64,000 nucleotides of DNA from Clostridiales bacterium (lineage in GTDB: Bacteria > Bacillota > Clostridia > Christensenellales > UBA1242). The translations under genes were made by a program, and so were the position numbers. Below are positions 27,081 through 37,504 of the stretch, one piece after another. Location: the NCBI GenBank assembly GCA_015055515.1, contig SVIC01000005.1, positions 20,550 to 84,549 of the forward strand, read 5' to 3'. The stretch's first letter is position 1. Each line of letters opens with the position of its first letter. The notes under the pieces are model-generated. The model had not been told where the DNA came from. It did not search any database and was given only the letters and a program-made list of their open reading frames with translations.

Positions 27081-28097
27081 ATGGTAAAAGTTTTAGTAGA
27101 TGTATTTGGTGGCGATCATAGTCCAGAGGAGATATTAAAGGGTTGTAAGTTGGCGCTAGATGCAAATAGTGATTTGTGCTTAATATTAGCGGGCGATGAG
27201 GATGTTATAGGTCCAAAGATAACCGAATATGGTATTGATTCAAATAGGATAGAGATATTAGATGCCAAGGAGGTTATATCAAATGATGAATCTCCAACCG
27301 AAGCTATTAGAAGAAAAAAAGACAGCACAATTGTAAAGGGGTTTGAGGCGTTAAGGCAAAGAGAAGATATCGCAGGATTTGTTAGTGCGGGTTCAACTGG
27401 TGCAGTATTGACGGGTGCTTTCCTAAAGCTTGGTAGAACTCCAGGTGTATCAAGACCAGCGCTTTGTCCAATGTTACCTACAGTCACAGGTGGCATTGTA
27501 GGAATAGTGGATTGTGGTGCCAATGTTGACACTAAGCCAGAGAATCTAGTACACTTTGCATTAATGGGAAATGCTTATATGAAGAGTGTATTTGGGGTAG
27601 AAAATCCAAGAGTAGCACTACTTAGTGTGGGGGTAGAGGATCATAAAGGCAATGAGTTAACAAAGACTACATTCCATATGCTAAAAGATATGCCTCAGAT
27701 TAATTTTGTAGGAAACATGGAAGCAAGGGATCTACTTAGTGGTGAGTATGACCTTGTGGTATGTGATGGATTTGCTGGTAATGTGTTGTTAAAGTCTACA
27801 GAGGGCGCAGTGATGTCTTTCATGAAAATGATGAAAGAGAATATAATGAGTCATACAAGTAGCAAGATAGGCGCAATGTTCATGAAAAAGACATTTAAGG
27901 AACTTAAAAATACGCTAGATTTTAACAAAAAGGGCGGATCTGTACTACTTGGATGCAAGAAAATTGTAGTTAAGTGTCATGGTGCAAGCAAGGCATTTAG
28001 TATTAAATGTGGAATAGAACAAGTTGTTGAGGCAGAGCGAAATAACGTATGTGGTATCATTGCAGATGCTGTAGCAGAGGCAAACGATGCTGAATAA
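27081..28097 (+). CDS. plsX: phosphate acyltransferase PlsX
   Basis: MVKVLVDVFGGDHSPEEI N-terminus with family-typical length and motifs. GGAGAAG RBS sits upstream of the ATG at 27081. Confidence 0.9.
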   Translation: MVKVLVDVFGGDHSPEEILKGCKLALDANSDLCLILAGDEDVIGPKITEYGIDSNRIEILDAKEVISNDESPTEAIRRKKDSTIVKGFEALRQREDIAGFVSAGSTGAVLTGAFLKLGRTPGVSRPALCPMLPTVTGGIVGIVDCGANVDTKPENLVHFALMGNAYMKSVFGVENPRVALLSVGVEDHKGNELTKTTFHMLKDMPQINFVGNMEARDLLSGEYDLVVCDGFAGNVLLKSTEGAVMSFMKMMKENIMSHTSSKIGAMFMKKTFKELKNTLDFNKKGGSVLLGCKKIVVKCHGASKAFSIKCGIEQVVEAERNNVCGIIADAVAEANDAE

Positions 28098-28764
28098 TAT
28101 GCAAAAAATAGAAGAGATCATCGGTCATAGATACACAAAGCAAGAGTTAATAATGCGAGCATTTACTCACTCATCATATGCACATGAGCACGGCGGAGAA
28201 AACTATGAGAGGTTAGAGTTCTTAGGGGATAGTTTGCTGGAGACTATTACTACATTATATCTGTATAGTAATTTTTCCAATGATGAAGGTACTTTGTCAA
28301 AGATGAGGGCAAAGGTTGTGTCAGCAAAATGTCTTGCTCGTGTAATGAAAGAATTGAAGCTGGATGCCCATATATTAGTTGGTGGCAGTATAAATAGCAA
28401 GGATATTCCAGATAATGTGGTAGCAGATGTATATGAGAGTATTGTTGCAAGTTTGTTGATAGATGGCGGAACCAAATGTGCAAGAGATTTCGTAATGCGA
28501 ACTCTTCTGATATCAAAAGAAAATGTATTAGATATATGTGCAAGCATGGTGGATTATAAGACAGTATTGCAAGAAAAGTTGCAGAGTGTGGGTAGTCATG
28601 CTACGTATGATAGCGAGGACATAATTGAAGATAATAAAACTATGTACAGAGTATCGTTATTGATTGATGGCGTAGTAGTAGATACAGCTACAGATGTATC
28701 TAAAAAAGGCGGGCAAGAAGCTGTTGCCAAGAAGTATTTAGAAAGAAATGGAGGCATATCGTGA
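28087..28764 (+). CDS. rnc: ribonuclease III
   Basis: ERLEFLGDSLLE signature and a C-terminal dsRBD-like region. Overlaps the plsX stop by 11 nt. Confidence 0.92.
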   Translation: MLNNMQKIEEIIGHRYTKQELIMRAFTHSSYAHEHGGENYERLEFLGDSLLETITTLYLYSNFSNDEGTLSKMRAKVVSAKCLARVMKELKLDAHILVGGSINSKDIPDNVVADVYESIVASLLIDGGTKCARDFVMRTLLISKENVLDICASMVDYKTVLQEKLQSVGSHATYDSEDIIEDNKTMYRVSLLIDGVVVDTATDVSKKGGQEAVAKKYLERNGGIS

Positions 28765-31700
28765 ATTTCAAGCAAATAGAAATGGTAGGATTTAAGTCTT
28801 TTGCTGATCCTATTAAGATTGTGTTACAACCTGGAATTAATGCAATAGTTGGCCCCAACGGCTGTGGTAAAAGTAATGTTGCAGATGCTATAAAATGGGT
28901 GCTGGGTGAGCAGAGTAGTAAGAATATGCGTGGTACCTCCATGCAAGATGTAATATTCAAAGGTACCGAAAAAAGAAAAGGTACTAGTTATTGCGAAGTA
29001 TCTATATGTTTTGATAACTCAAATAAGATTTTTAATACACCGTTTGAGGAATTTACTATCACTAGAAAATTATACAAGAATGGTGATAGCGAATACATGT
29101 TAAACAATAACCCATGCCTACTTAGACAAATAGTAGAAATACTGCGTAATACCGGAATAGGTAAAGGCGGGTATTCTATCATTAGTCAAGGTATGGTCAG
29201 CAAGATATTAGAAAGCAAGCCAGAAGAAAGGCGTGTAATATTCGAGGAAGCAGCGGGTATTGCGGGATTTAAGTCTAAGAAGGATGAGGCAGAAAGAAAC
29301 CTAGAAAAGACTAGAGCCAATCTAGATAATATACATAATATTTTGGCAGAGATTGATAGACAACTAACTCCTCTTAAGAAGCAATCGGAGACTGCTAAGA
29401 TATACTTGCAGTTAAAGGAAGAGTTAAAACTATTAGAAGTAAATGCCTATATCTACCAGTATGATTATGCAAGTGAAAACAAAGAGATTATTAATGCAAA
29501 GATAGATGCTATTGTAAAAGACTTAAATAGTAAGCAATCAGAACTGGAGAAGGTTGTAGATAGATACAATAGTGATTTCGATAAGCTTAATAATCTTGAT
29601 GGTGATGTCAAGGCTGTGCATGATAGAATATTGGACTTAACAGTAAGGCTGGAAAAACAATTTGGCCAAAGCAGTCTTGTTCAAGAAAAGATTAAGAACC
29701 TAGTGACAGAGGTTAATAGGCTAGAAGAATTGATTTCTGACAATAATGATAAGTTAGAAAGATTGAATGGCAATATATATAGTCTTAAGAATTCCAAAGC
29801 AACTAAAGAGCAGAATATTATGATTGCTAAGACAAAACTTAGCGATAATGAATCAATGTATACAGATGTCTGCAATGAGTTAAAGATTGGTGAAGATGAG
29901 GCTATGGGGCTAAAACAAGACCTGCTAGATTCTCTTAACAAACTGTCTGATGCAAAAGCAAAGGCTAGTGCACTAAAAGTAGAGAAAGAAAACTATACTA
30001 ATTTACTGCAATCTACATTGACTGAGAAGAATGAACTGAATAAGAAATTAGCAAATGTAAAATTAAGTGAAGAAGATAGTCTTAATAAGTTGCAAGAGAT
30101 GTCTGCAAAGAAAAAATCTCTAGAATTGTCCGTATCCAATGTGAAAACAAAGAATAATAATATTTTGGGAGAAATCAAGATATTAGAGGGAAGGTTAGCA
30201 GAATGCAACACCAATAGGGTAGCAATGCGTCAGCATTTGTCAATATATCAGAATATGCAAAAAGAGTATGAAGGTTTTGCTGGAGCGGTAAAGAAGTTGC
30301 TACGCGATGCAGAGACAAATGCGGAATTGAAGTCAAAAATAGTAGGAGTATTAGCAAACCTAATATCTGTACCACAAGACTACCAAGTAGCAATAGAGAT
30401 GGCTCTTGGCAATGCTGTGCAGAATATAGTCACTCAGTCGGATGAATATGCTAAATATCTAATAAGATACTTAAAGCAAAAAGATTATGGCAGAGTTACA
30501 TTTCTGCCAATTAATTCGGTGAAGACAAGATCAATAGATAGTAGATTTGCCAATTATTTGAAAGATCCTAGCGTGTGTGGTGTTGCAGATGGTTTGATAT
30601 CATATGATAAGTCTATAGCACCAGTAATTAGTAGTTTGCTTGGTGGAACAGTAGTTGTCAAAGATGAGAATTCTGCAGTAACACTTGCTAGAAATACAGC
30701 TTATTCTTTCCGTATTGTTACACTAGATGGCGATATAATATCCACACAAGGTAGTATTACAGGTGGTAGCAAGAAGGCACAGGGTACTAATATCCTTAGT
30801 AGAGAAACAGAGATTGCAGAAACCGAGAAAATGATAGAGAAATTGGATGCTGAATATGACACCATAAGTGCAAAATTATTGCAGAAACAAGAAGAGCACA
30901 AGACAATTTCTGAAGAATTGAAGGATGCTACAGATGATATTCATAATATAGATATCGAATATGCCAAGGATAATGAAATCTATTCGAACTTAAATGCAAC
31001 AAAAGTATCGATGGAAAACGATATATATAAGTATGATAGTAACATAGGCAAGTATAATCAAATGTTACAAAGCATAAATGAAGAATTGGCAAAATTGGAT
31101 AGTATAGATAGTGATATTGCTCCTCTAAATACTTCAAATCAGAGTGATTTTGCAATATTGAAATCTAGGCGTGATGAATATATATCGGCAATAACAGAGT
31201 TGAAGATATTGATTGCGGGTACAGAGAGTGAAATTAACTCTATTGATCAAGAACTAGATAGGTTAAATGAGGAAGTAGGCGCTATTACAGAGGCTAATTT
31301 GGAACTATCTAAGCAACTTAATTTAAGCAAAACTATGCTAAGTGAATACGAGAAGTCTAGTGATGTTGTGGCAATAAACGCACAGAGCACTGCTATGCAG
31401 GCTGAATTAAGAGGGGAGAAAGAGCGATTAGAGTTGTTGGAAAATTCTAAGACAACATTGTCATCAGATCTTAGGTTCTATGATGAAGAGCGACTAAGAC
31501 TTATGGAAGAAGTGAATAAGCTTCAAGATAAGAAGTATCAACAAGAATTAAATCTGACAAAAGTCGACACTGATATAGAGGCTATGCAAGAGCGAGTATG
31601 GGAAGAATATGAATTGACTTATGCAAGTGCTCTGCAGTATAAGCAAGATATATTTGATGTTAAGTCTGCATTGACAGAGATTAATAGGATAAAGAAGCAA

Positions 31701-32330
31701 ATCCAAGGTCTAGGAAACGTAAATGTTAACGCTATAGAAGATTATAAGTTGCTTGAAGCTAGACATGGTAACATGTACGAACAGGCACAAGATTTGCTTA
31801 AGGCAGAGGCGGATATTAAGGATATAATCAAGTCTTTGTCGGATGAAATGACAACTATATTTACAGAGAAATTTAACCAAATCAATGAGAACTTTGGATT
31901 AATATTCAAAGAGTTGTTCCAAGGTGGACATGCTAGCTTGAAGCTAATTGATTCTGATAACGTATTAGAGGCTGGTGTAGAGATAGTTGCTGTACCACCA
32001 GAGAAGAAGTTGAATAGTACTAAGTTGTTGTCAGGTGGAGAACAAGCATTAGTAGCCATTGCTATACTATTTGCAATACTTAAGTTAAGACCAATGCCAT
32101 TCTGTCTACTAGATGAGATAGAAGCGCCTTTGGATGAAGCCAATGTGTATAGATTTGTACAGTACTTAAAAAGGTATGCAGGTGAAACACAGTTTATAGT
32201 TATTACCCACAAGAAGCCAACTATGGAGTATTCCGATTGCTTGTTTGGAATAACTATGGAAGAGAAGGGTGTTAGTAAAGTTGTGTCTGTTAAATTAAAT
32301 GAAGCAGTGAAGATGGCGGAGGTAAAATAA
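28761..32330 (+). CDS. smc: chromosome segregation protein SMC
   Basis: GPNGCGKSN Walker A, long coiled coils, a hinge, LSGGE signature and a LLDEIEAPLD Walker B. GTG start overlaps the rnc stop. Confidence 0.95.
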   Translation: MNFKQIEMVGFKSFADPIKIVLQPGINAIVGPNGCGKSNVADAIKWVLGEQSSKNMRGTSMQDVIFKGTEKRKGTSYCEVSICFDNSNKIFNTPFEEFTITRKLYKNGDSEYMLNNNPCLLRQIVEILRNTGIGKGGYSIISQGMVSKILESKPEERRVIFEEAAGIAGFKSKKDEAERNLEKTRANLDNIHNILAEIDRQLTPLKKQSETAKIYLQLKEELKLLEVNAYIYQYDYASENKEIINAKIDAIVKDLNSKQSELEKVVDRYNSDFDKLNNLDGDVKAVHDRILDLTVRLEKQFGQSSLVQEKIKNLVTEVNRLEELISDNNDKLERLNGNIYSLKNSKATKEQNIMIAKTKLSDNESMYTDVCNELKIGEDEAMGLKQDLLDSLNKLSDAKAKASALKVEKENYTNLLQSTLTEKNELNKKLANVKLSEEDSLNKLQEMSAKKKSLELSVSNVKTKNNNILGEIKILEGRLAECNTNRVAMRQHLSIYQNMQKEYEGFAGAVKKLLRDAETNAELKSKIVGVLANLISVPQDYQVAIEMALGNAVQNIVTQSDEYAKYLIRYLKQKDYGRVTFLPINSVKTRSIDSRFANYLKDPSVCGVADGLISYDKSIAPVISSLLGGTVVVKDENSAVTLARNTAYSFRIVTLDGDIISTQGSITGGSKKAQGTNILSRETEIAETEKMIEKLDAEYDTISAKLLQKQEEHKTISEELKDATDDIHNIDIEYAKDNEIYSNLNATKVSMENDIYKYDSNIGKYNQMLQSINEELAKLDSIDSDIAPLNTSNQSDFAILKSRRDEYISAITELKILIAGTESEINSIDQELDRLNEEVGAITEANLELSKQLNLSKTMLSEYEKSSDVVAINAQSTAMQAELRGEKERLELLENSKTTLSSDLRFYDEERLRLMEEVNKLQDKKYQQELNLTKVDTDIEAMQERVWEEYELTYASALQYKQDIFDVKSALTEINRIKKQIQGLGNVNVNAIEDYKLLEARHGNMYEQAQDLLKAEADIKDIIKSLSDEMTTIFTEKFNQINENFGLIFKELFQGGHASLKLIDSDNVLEAGVEIVAVPPEKKLNSTKLLSGGEQALVAIAILFAILKLRPMPFCLLDEIEAPLDEANVYRFVQYLKRYAGETQFIVITHKKPTMEYSDCLFGITMEEKGVSKVVSVKLNEAVKMAEVK

Positions 32331-33220
32331 TGGGATTTTTTAGTAAAATTTTCTCAGGGCTAAAGAAGACAAAAGATGCACTGTTTAGTAAGATTAGTTC
32401 AATATTCCACGGTGAATTGGATGACGAATTCTTTGAGGATTTGGAATACTCATTAATTTCTTCCGATATTAGCGTTGAGGCAACAGAGGATATTATAGAG
32501 AATGTTAGGTCAATATCTAAGAAGCAAAAGATTAAGACTATAGATGAGTTCAAGGAAGTTCTTCGTTCTGCAATGATACAAATATTTGATGGTGTGGAAG
32601 ACGATAATGATGAGTATCCAGTTGCTATAACCGTTGTAGGAGTCAATGGCGTGGGTAAGACCACCGCCATTGGCAAAATGGCACATAGTTACAAAAGTAA
32701 TAAAAAAAGTGTGTTGTTAGTTGCTGGTGATACATTCCGTGCAGCTGCTTCCGATCAGTTGACAGAGTGGTCTAAGAGGGCAGGAGTGCGAATTGTAAAA
32801 TATGGCGAGGGTGCCGATCCTGGTGCCGTAGTGTATGATGGCTTAGAGAGTGCTACTGCGAAGAAGGATGATGTGGTGCTAATAGATACAGCGGGCAGAC
32901 TACAGAATAAGTCTAACTTAATGGAAGAATTAAGAAAAATAAGCCGTGTAGTTGATAAGGCATGGTCAGGTGCAAGGCGCAACTATATAGTTCTAGATGC
33001 CACAACTGGTCAGAATGCTCTGTCGCAAGTAGAGATATTTAACGATATCATACCGTTGGATGGAATTATATTGACTAAGTTGGATGGAACTGCTAAGGGT
33101 GGAGTAGTGTTCTCCATTGTCAAAGACTATGGCATTCCTGTAAAATATATTGGAGTGGGAGAAGGAATAGATGATCTTCAACCATTTAATGCAAAAGAAT
33201 TTGTAGATTCTATTATTTAA
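32330..33220 (+). CDS. ftsY: signal recognition particle receptor FtsY
   Basis: GVNGVGKTT, DTAGR and TKLDG GTPase motifs. Confidence 0.95.
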   Translation: MGFFSKIFSGLKKTKDALFSKISSIFHGELDDEFFEDLEYSLISSDISVEATEDIIENVRSISKKQKIKTIDEFKEVLRSAMIQIFDGVEDDNDEYPVAITVVGVNGVGKTTAIGKMAHSYKSNKKSVLLVAGDTFRAAASDQLTEWSKRAGVRIVKYGEGADPGAVVYDGLESATAKKDDVVLIDTAGRLQNKSNLMEELRKISRVVDKAWSGARRNYIVLDATTGQNALSQVEIFNDIIPLDGIILTKLDGTAKGGVVFSIVKDYGIPVKYIGVGEGIDDLQPFNAKEFVDSII

Positions 33221-33233
33221 TTTATAAAAGGTG

Positions 33234-33263
33234 TTGACAAAAATATGTGTTTTTTGCTATACC
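33234..33263 (+). promoter_or_regulatory. putative extended -10 promoter
   Basis: TTGACA (33234-33239), then TGcTATACC (33255-33263). Confidence 0.4.
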
Positions 33264-33313
33264 TTTTTAAGTTAATCTGTTAAAATAACATTAGATTATA
33301 AAAAGGAGAAGTT

Positions 33314-33631
33314 ATGTTTAATTATTTATTGAATGCTGGAACACTTCCTGTATGGATAGAGAGATCATTCCCAATTATCCAAATTGTACTACTTGCACTT
33401 ATTGCTATTAGTTCAGTCATTGTGATTATCGCTGTACTACGTAAGCCAGCCAATCCAGAGAGTGGTACTAACTCTATTACTGGTATTAGTGATAGCTATT
33501 ATATGCAGAACAAGTCTAGTACAAAAGAAGGTAGATTGCAGAAGTTAATTATTATTGCAATGTCTTGCATATTTGCATTCACAGTTGTGTATTTCATATT
33601 GCAGGCTATACTTAATTCATTTATTGGTTAA
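33314..33631 (+). CDS. small two-TM membrane protein, possibly a divergent SecG
   Basis: RBS AAGGAG. The pattern of TM1, polar G/S/T-rich loop and TM2 resembles SecG by eye, without conserved residues to rely on. Confidence 0.45.
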   Translation: MFNYLLNAGTLPVWIERSFPIIQIVLLALIAISSVIVIIAVLRKPANPESGTNSITGISDSYYMQNKSSTKEGRLQKLIIIAMSCIFAFTVVYFILQAILNSFIG

Positions 33632-33645
33632 TAAGAAGGTTATAA

Positions 33646-34071
33646 ATGGACAATAATTATTATAAGATAATGGCTCTGGATTTCGGCGATGTGAGGATTG
33701 GTGTAGCTCTAAGTGATATGACTAGGACAATTGCTAGTGGATACGAGAACTATACCAGATGTAATGATGAGGATAAAGATATATCTCACATTATGGATAT
33801 TGCAAAGTCTAACAATGTTAAGTTGATAGTTATGGGCATTCCATATAATATGGATGGAACAGAGAGTAACCAGACATTGAAGACCAAGGCGTTTGCTGAG
33901 AAATTAAGTGCCATATCGGGTATTGAGATTAAGTTCCAAGACGAGAGGTTGACATCAAAACTGGCAGAAAGGATGTTGATCAATGCTGATGTGTCTAGAA
34001 TGAAGAGAAAAAATGTGCTAGACAAGCTTTCTGCTACGATAATCTTACAAGATTATCTTAATCAAATATAA
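33646..34071 (+). CDS. ruvX: Holliday junction resolvase-like / pre-16S rRNA nuclease RuvX (YqgF)
   Basis: MALDFGDVRIGVALSD N-terminal motif, ~140 aa. Confidence 0.9.
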   Translation: MDNNYYKIMALDFGDVRIGVALSDMTRTIASGYENYTRCNDEDKDISHIMDIAKSNNVKLIVMGIPYNMDGTESNQTLKTKAFAEKLSAISGIEIKFQDERLTSKLAERMLINADVSRMKRKNVLDKLSATIILQDYLNQI

Positions 34072-34084
34072 AGGAGAGTGAATT

Positions 34085-34399
34085 ATGGCAGAAGATAGAT
34101 CACCAGTAGAGTTGTTATTAGATGAGAAGAACAACGACAATATCAAATTATATGATGAGAAAAATGAGTGTGTGGAGTTCGAACAAATAGCAACAATCCC
34201 TATGGATGAGAGAATATTTGTTATATTGAAGCCAGTTACTGCTATGGAGAATGTAGCAGAAGATGAAGCAATAGTGTTCGAGATTCAAGAGATCGATGAA
34301 GAGGATTGCTTGGTTGTGGTTACCGAAGACAAGATTATCGATAAGGTATTCGATGAATACTATGAGATGTTGAAGTCTGAAGGTATAGATGTAGAATAA
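34085..34399 (+). CDS. DUF1292 family protein (YrzB-like)
   Basis: Acidic ~100-aa protein with the pattern ...VEFEQIATIPMDERIFVILKPV... It follows ruvX, as in Bacillus. Confidence 0.8.
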   Translation: MAEDRSPVELLLDEKNNDNIKLYDEKNECVEFEQIATIPMDERIFVILKPVTAMENVAEDEAIVFEIQEIDEEDCLVVVTEDKIIDKVFDEYYEMLKSEGIDVE

Positions 34400-34403
34400 G
34401 AAA

Positions 34404-34430
34404 GAAGTGCATTTCGCATTTCTTTTTTTT
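34404..34430 (+). terminator. intrinsic terminator
   Basis: GAAGTGC-atttc-GCATTTC followed by T8. Confidence 0.65.
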
Positions 34431-34526
34431 ATTTGAATTAATTGTGTGATTTTTGCTTTAATGGTATTAGACAACCTTTTTTCTATCATATTAATAATCA
34501 ATTTTTGATTTGACTTCTTAATTTGT

Positions 34527-34556
34527 TTGACATGAAGATGGTGGGTATTCTATACT
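34527..34556 (+). promoter_or_regulatory. putative sigma-A-type promoter of the LRR surface protein gene
   Basis: TTGACA, 18-nt spacer, TATACT. Confidence 0.45.
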
Positions 34557-34594
34557 AGTACATAGAATGAGAAATATGCATTATGGGGTAAATT

Positions 34595-36586
34595 ATGCAA
34601 AATAAAAGTAAGATAATATTTATAAGCATTATATCTGTTATGCTTCTATGTATAATGGGTCTAACCATAGGTATTGTATTGGTTGCAAGTAATGCTGAGC
34701 AAGATAACAATATAACTATTAGTTATGAGGCCAATAATGTAGATGCAACCATTACTGCATCTGGTATCAACTATGCATCTTCAGAAGATACAACTGGTGA
34801 AAATATTCTCTTATCAGATGGAAAACAGTCTGGACTAACGACAGGTACACTTACATTCAAGGCAAGTCAGTCGGAGGTGAGCGGTACACTCTCTTTTGAT
34901 TATGCTCTTCTTACTGCTACAGGCAGAGCGGTATATACATTTAAGATTAAGAACACAGCAGATGTGTCGAATACTAGATCATTGAAATTAATGGCATCAG
35001 TACAAGATACTTCTAATTTAGACAATATCGAAGTCAAGTTCGGCGGTAGCGAGGCCAGTGCAATAGAGTCAACGGTAGGATATGTAGAGATTGGTGGAGG
35101 CCAGAATACCAATACACTTGTAATGATGGTAACTGTAGATAATACTACTCTAGATGTAACTAATGCAACGGTGGATATACACTTACAATTATCATGCGAC
35201 CTAGATGTGTCTGTGTCTGGTACTACAGCAGTTGCACCTGCAATACAGCCTGTAGCTAAACAATATTTCGAAGGTTGGTATTTGGATGAGGCCTTAACTA
35301 CTAAGGCAACATTTCCACTGCAATCAAATACTAGTGTAACATTGTATCCTAAATATATGGAAAGTACATCAGGTATGACATATTCCTATAGTAGCACAAC
35401 CAAAAGTTATTTATTAACAAAAGGTTTAGATCAAGCAAATGTTGTTATTCCAAATTCATATAATGATGGAACTCATGGTGTTGCTCCGGTAAGCAAGGTT
35501 GCAAGATCAGCATTTAATGGTTTTACTAATCTTAATAGTGTAGTAATTCCTAATAGCGTCACAAGTATAGAGACCTATGCATTCTATCAATGTTCTGCTC
35601 TTAGTAATGTTGTCATCCCATATAGTGTAAATAGTATAGGTAATGCAGCATTCTATGCATGTAGTAGCCTCGGTAGTATTGTGATTCCAGAAGGTGTTAT
35701 CAGTATTGGCAACAACACATTTGCTTATTGTTCTAGTCTTAGTAGCGTTTCTATTCCGGATAGTGTAACCAATATAGGACAATATGCTTTCAGTAATTGT
35801 AGCGGTCTTTCTGAAATAACAATACCGGGTAATGTTACCAGTATTGGTGCGAACGCTTTTGCTTATTGTTCTGCTTTAACAGATATAACAATTCCATCTA
35901 GTGTAACAAACATGGGCAACTATGTATTTTATCAATGTGAGAATTTAATTAATGTAACACTAGAAGAAGGTATTAAGTCTATACCAAATTGTGCTTTTGG
36001 TGGATGCATAAACTTGTTAAATATAAATATCCCAGATAGTATAACAAGTATTAGTCCATACGCTTTCCATAGTTGTAATAGTCTTACTAGTATAACTATA
36101 CCGGATAGTGTTACTAGTATTGGGAATAATGCTTTCTATTCTTGTTCTGCACTAACAAGTATAACAATTCCAGATAGTGTAAAAAATATTGGATCTAATT
36201 TGTTTTATGATTGTGGATCCCTAAGTAATGTAACGTTGTCTAATAATATTACTAGTATAGGAGAGTCAACATTCTTTGGTTGTACTAAACTAACGGAAAT
36301 AATTATTCCAGCTAGCGTGACTAGTATAGGCACATATGCTTTTTATGAATGCAAAGCTTTAGAAAGTGTAACTATTCCTAGTAATGTAGCTAGCATTGGT
36401 TCAGTGGTGTTCTTTGGATGTTCCAATCTCACAACTCTATCATTCGATGAGCCATCAGGATGGTATAAGTATGATAGTGAGAATGACACATATTCCGATA
36501 GTTATACTTTGTCTAGTGCTAGCGATAATGCAACTAACTTTACATCAAATCAAAATTATTATAATTATAGCTGGGAGAGAAAATAA
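34595..36586 (+). CDS. surface protein: N-terminal signal anchor, shared ~215-aa module, Listeria-Bacteroides (Flg_new) repeat, BspA-type leucine-rich repeats
   Basis: About 13 consecutive ~23-aa units of the type IP(D/N)SVTSIG.(Y/N)AF..C..L..(I/V)TIP (LRR_5/BspA type). FEGWYLDEALTTKATFPL is a Flg_new-like motif. The N-terminus is paralogous to the gene at 58715-59824. Confidence 0.85.
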   Translation: MQNKSKIIFISIISVMLLCIMGLTIGIVLVASNAEQDNNITISYEANNVDATITASGINYASSEDTTGENILLSDGKQSGLTTGTLTFKASQSEVSGTLSFDYALLTATGRAVYTFKIKNTADVSNTRSLKLMASVQDTSNLDNIEVKFGGSEASAIESTVGYVEIGGGQNTNTLVMMVTVDNTTLDVTNATVDIHLQLSCDLDVSVSGTTAVAPAIQPVAKQYFEGWYLDEALTTKATFPLQSNTSVTLYPKYMESTSGMTYSYSSTTKSYLLTKGLDQANVVIPNSYNDGTHGVAPVSKVARSAFNGFTNLNSVVIPNSVTSIETYAFYQCSALSNVVIPYSVNSIGNAAFYACSSLGSIVIPEGVISIGNNTFAYCSSLSSVSIPDSVTNIGQYAFSNCSGLSEITIPGNVTSIGANAFAYCSALTDITIPSSVTNMGNYVFYQCENLINVTLEEGIKSIPNCAFGGCINLLNINIPDSITSISPYAFHSCNSLTSITIPDSVTSIGNNAFYSCSALTSITIPDSVKNIGSNLFYDCGSLSNVTLSNNITSIGESTFFGCTKLTEIIIPASVTSIGTYAFYECKALESVTIPSNVASIGSVVFFGCSNLTTLSFDEPSGWYKYDSENDTYSDSYTLSSASDNATNFTSNQNYYNYSWERK

Positions 36587-36598
36587 CAAAGTATATAA

Positions 36599-36626
36599 AG
36601 TAACTAAGAAATTAGTTACTTTTTTT
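36599..36626 (+). terminator. intrinsic terminator
   Basis: AGTAACTAA-gaaa-TTAGTTACT followed by T6. Confidence 0.8.
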
Positions 36627-36649
36627 GTATATAATCTGTTGTAATTCTT

Positions 36650-36678
36650 TTGGTAAAATTGCAATTATTTAGTAATAT
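36650..36678 (+). promoter_or_regulatory. putative promoter upstream of frr
   Basis: TTGGTA, 17-nt spacer, TAATAT. Confidence 0.35.
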
Positions 36679-36711
36679 ATATCTAGTAATAAATATTTAG
36701 GAGTAAATACA

Positions 36712-37281
36712 ATGAATATAGAAGAAGTAAATATGTATATTGATTCGTACAAGGAAGATTTGGATAAGGCGTACGATCACTTAATAGATGAGATGTCTAC
36801 AATACGTGCTGGTCGTGCTAATCCGAAGATTGTAGAGAGGATAATGGTGGACTACTATGGTACGCCTACGCCAATTAACCAGATGGCAACAATCTCTGTA
36901 CCAGAGGCTAGAATGCTAGTTGTATCATTGTGGGATCTTAGTATGCTTAAGGCTACAGTAAAGGCTATAACAGATGCCAATATAGGTGTAAATCCTAGTG
37001 ATGATGGTAAGGTGATAAGACTTGTATTCCCACAACTAACAGAGGAGAGAAGAAAGGAGTTTGCTAAGGATATATCTAAGATGACAGAAGCATGCAAGGT
37101 AGTGTGCAGAAATGCTAGGCGTGATGTGTTGGATGAATTCAAGAGAATGAAGAAAGACAATGAGATAACCGAGGATGAATTGGCAAAACTAGAGAAGGAT
37201 GTACAGAAGATATTAGATGATATATCTGCAAAAATCGACAAATCTAGCGAACAAAAGCAAAAAGAAATAATGACTACTTAG
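36712..37281 (+). CDS. frr: ribosome recycling factor
   Basis: LIDEMSTIRAGRANPKIVERIMVDYYGTPTPINQMA is typical of Frr. ~185 aa. Confidence 0.95.
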   Translation: MNIEEVNMYIDSYKEDLDKAYDHLIDEMSTIRAGRANPKIVERIMVDYYGTPTPINQMATISVPEARMLVVSLWDLSMLKATVKAITDANIGVNPSDDGKVIRLVFPQLTEERRKEFAKDISKMTEACKVVCRNARRDVLDEFKRMKKDNEITEDELAKLEKDVQKILDDISAKIDKSSEQKQKEIMTT

Positions 37282-37504
37282 GCAAAAATAATTATTTTTG
37301 TTACCAAATATTATCCCTTTGTAGTACAATATATTATCTGAAGTTAGACAAAAGCAGTACAAAGCAATGTTTTCGTATAACTGATATTTATTCAATCTAT
37401 GTGTCTACGCTTTATCGTAGGTTTGCAGTAGCAAACATGATTTGAAGCATAGTGAATAAATCATCATCGCATAGATTATTATTTAATTTAAGGGGTAACT
37501 TGTA

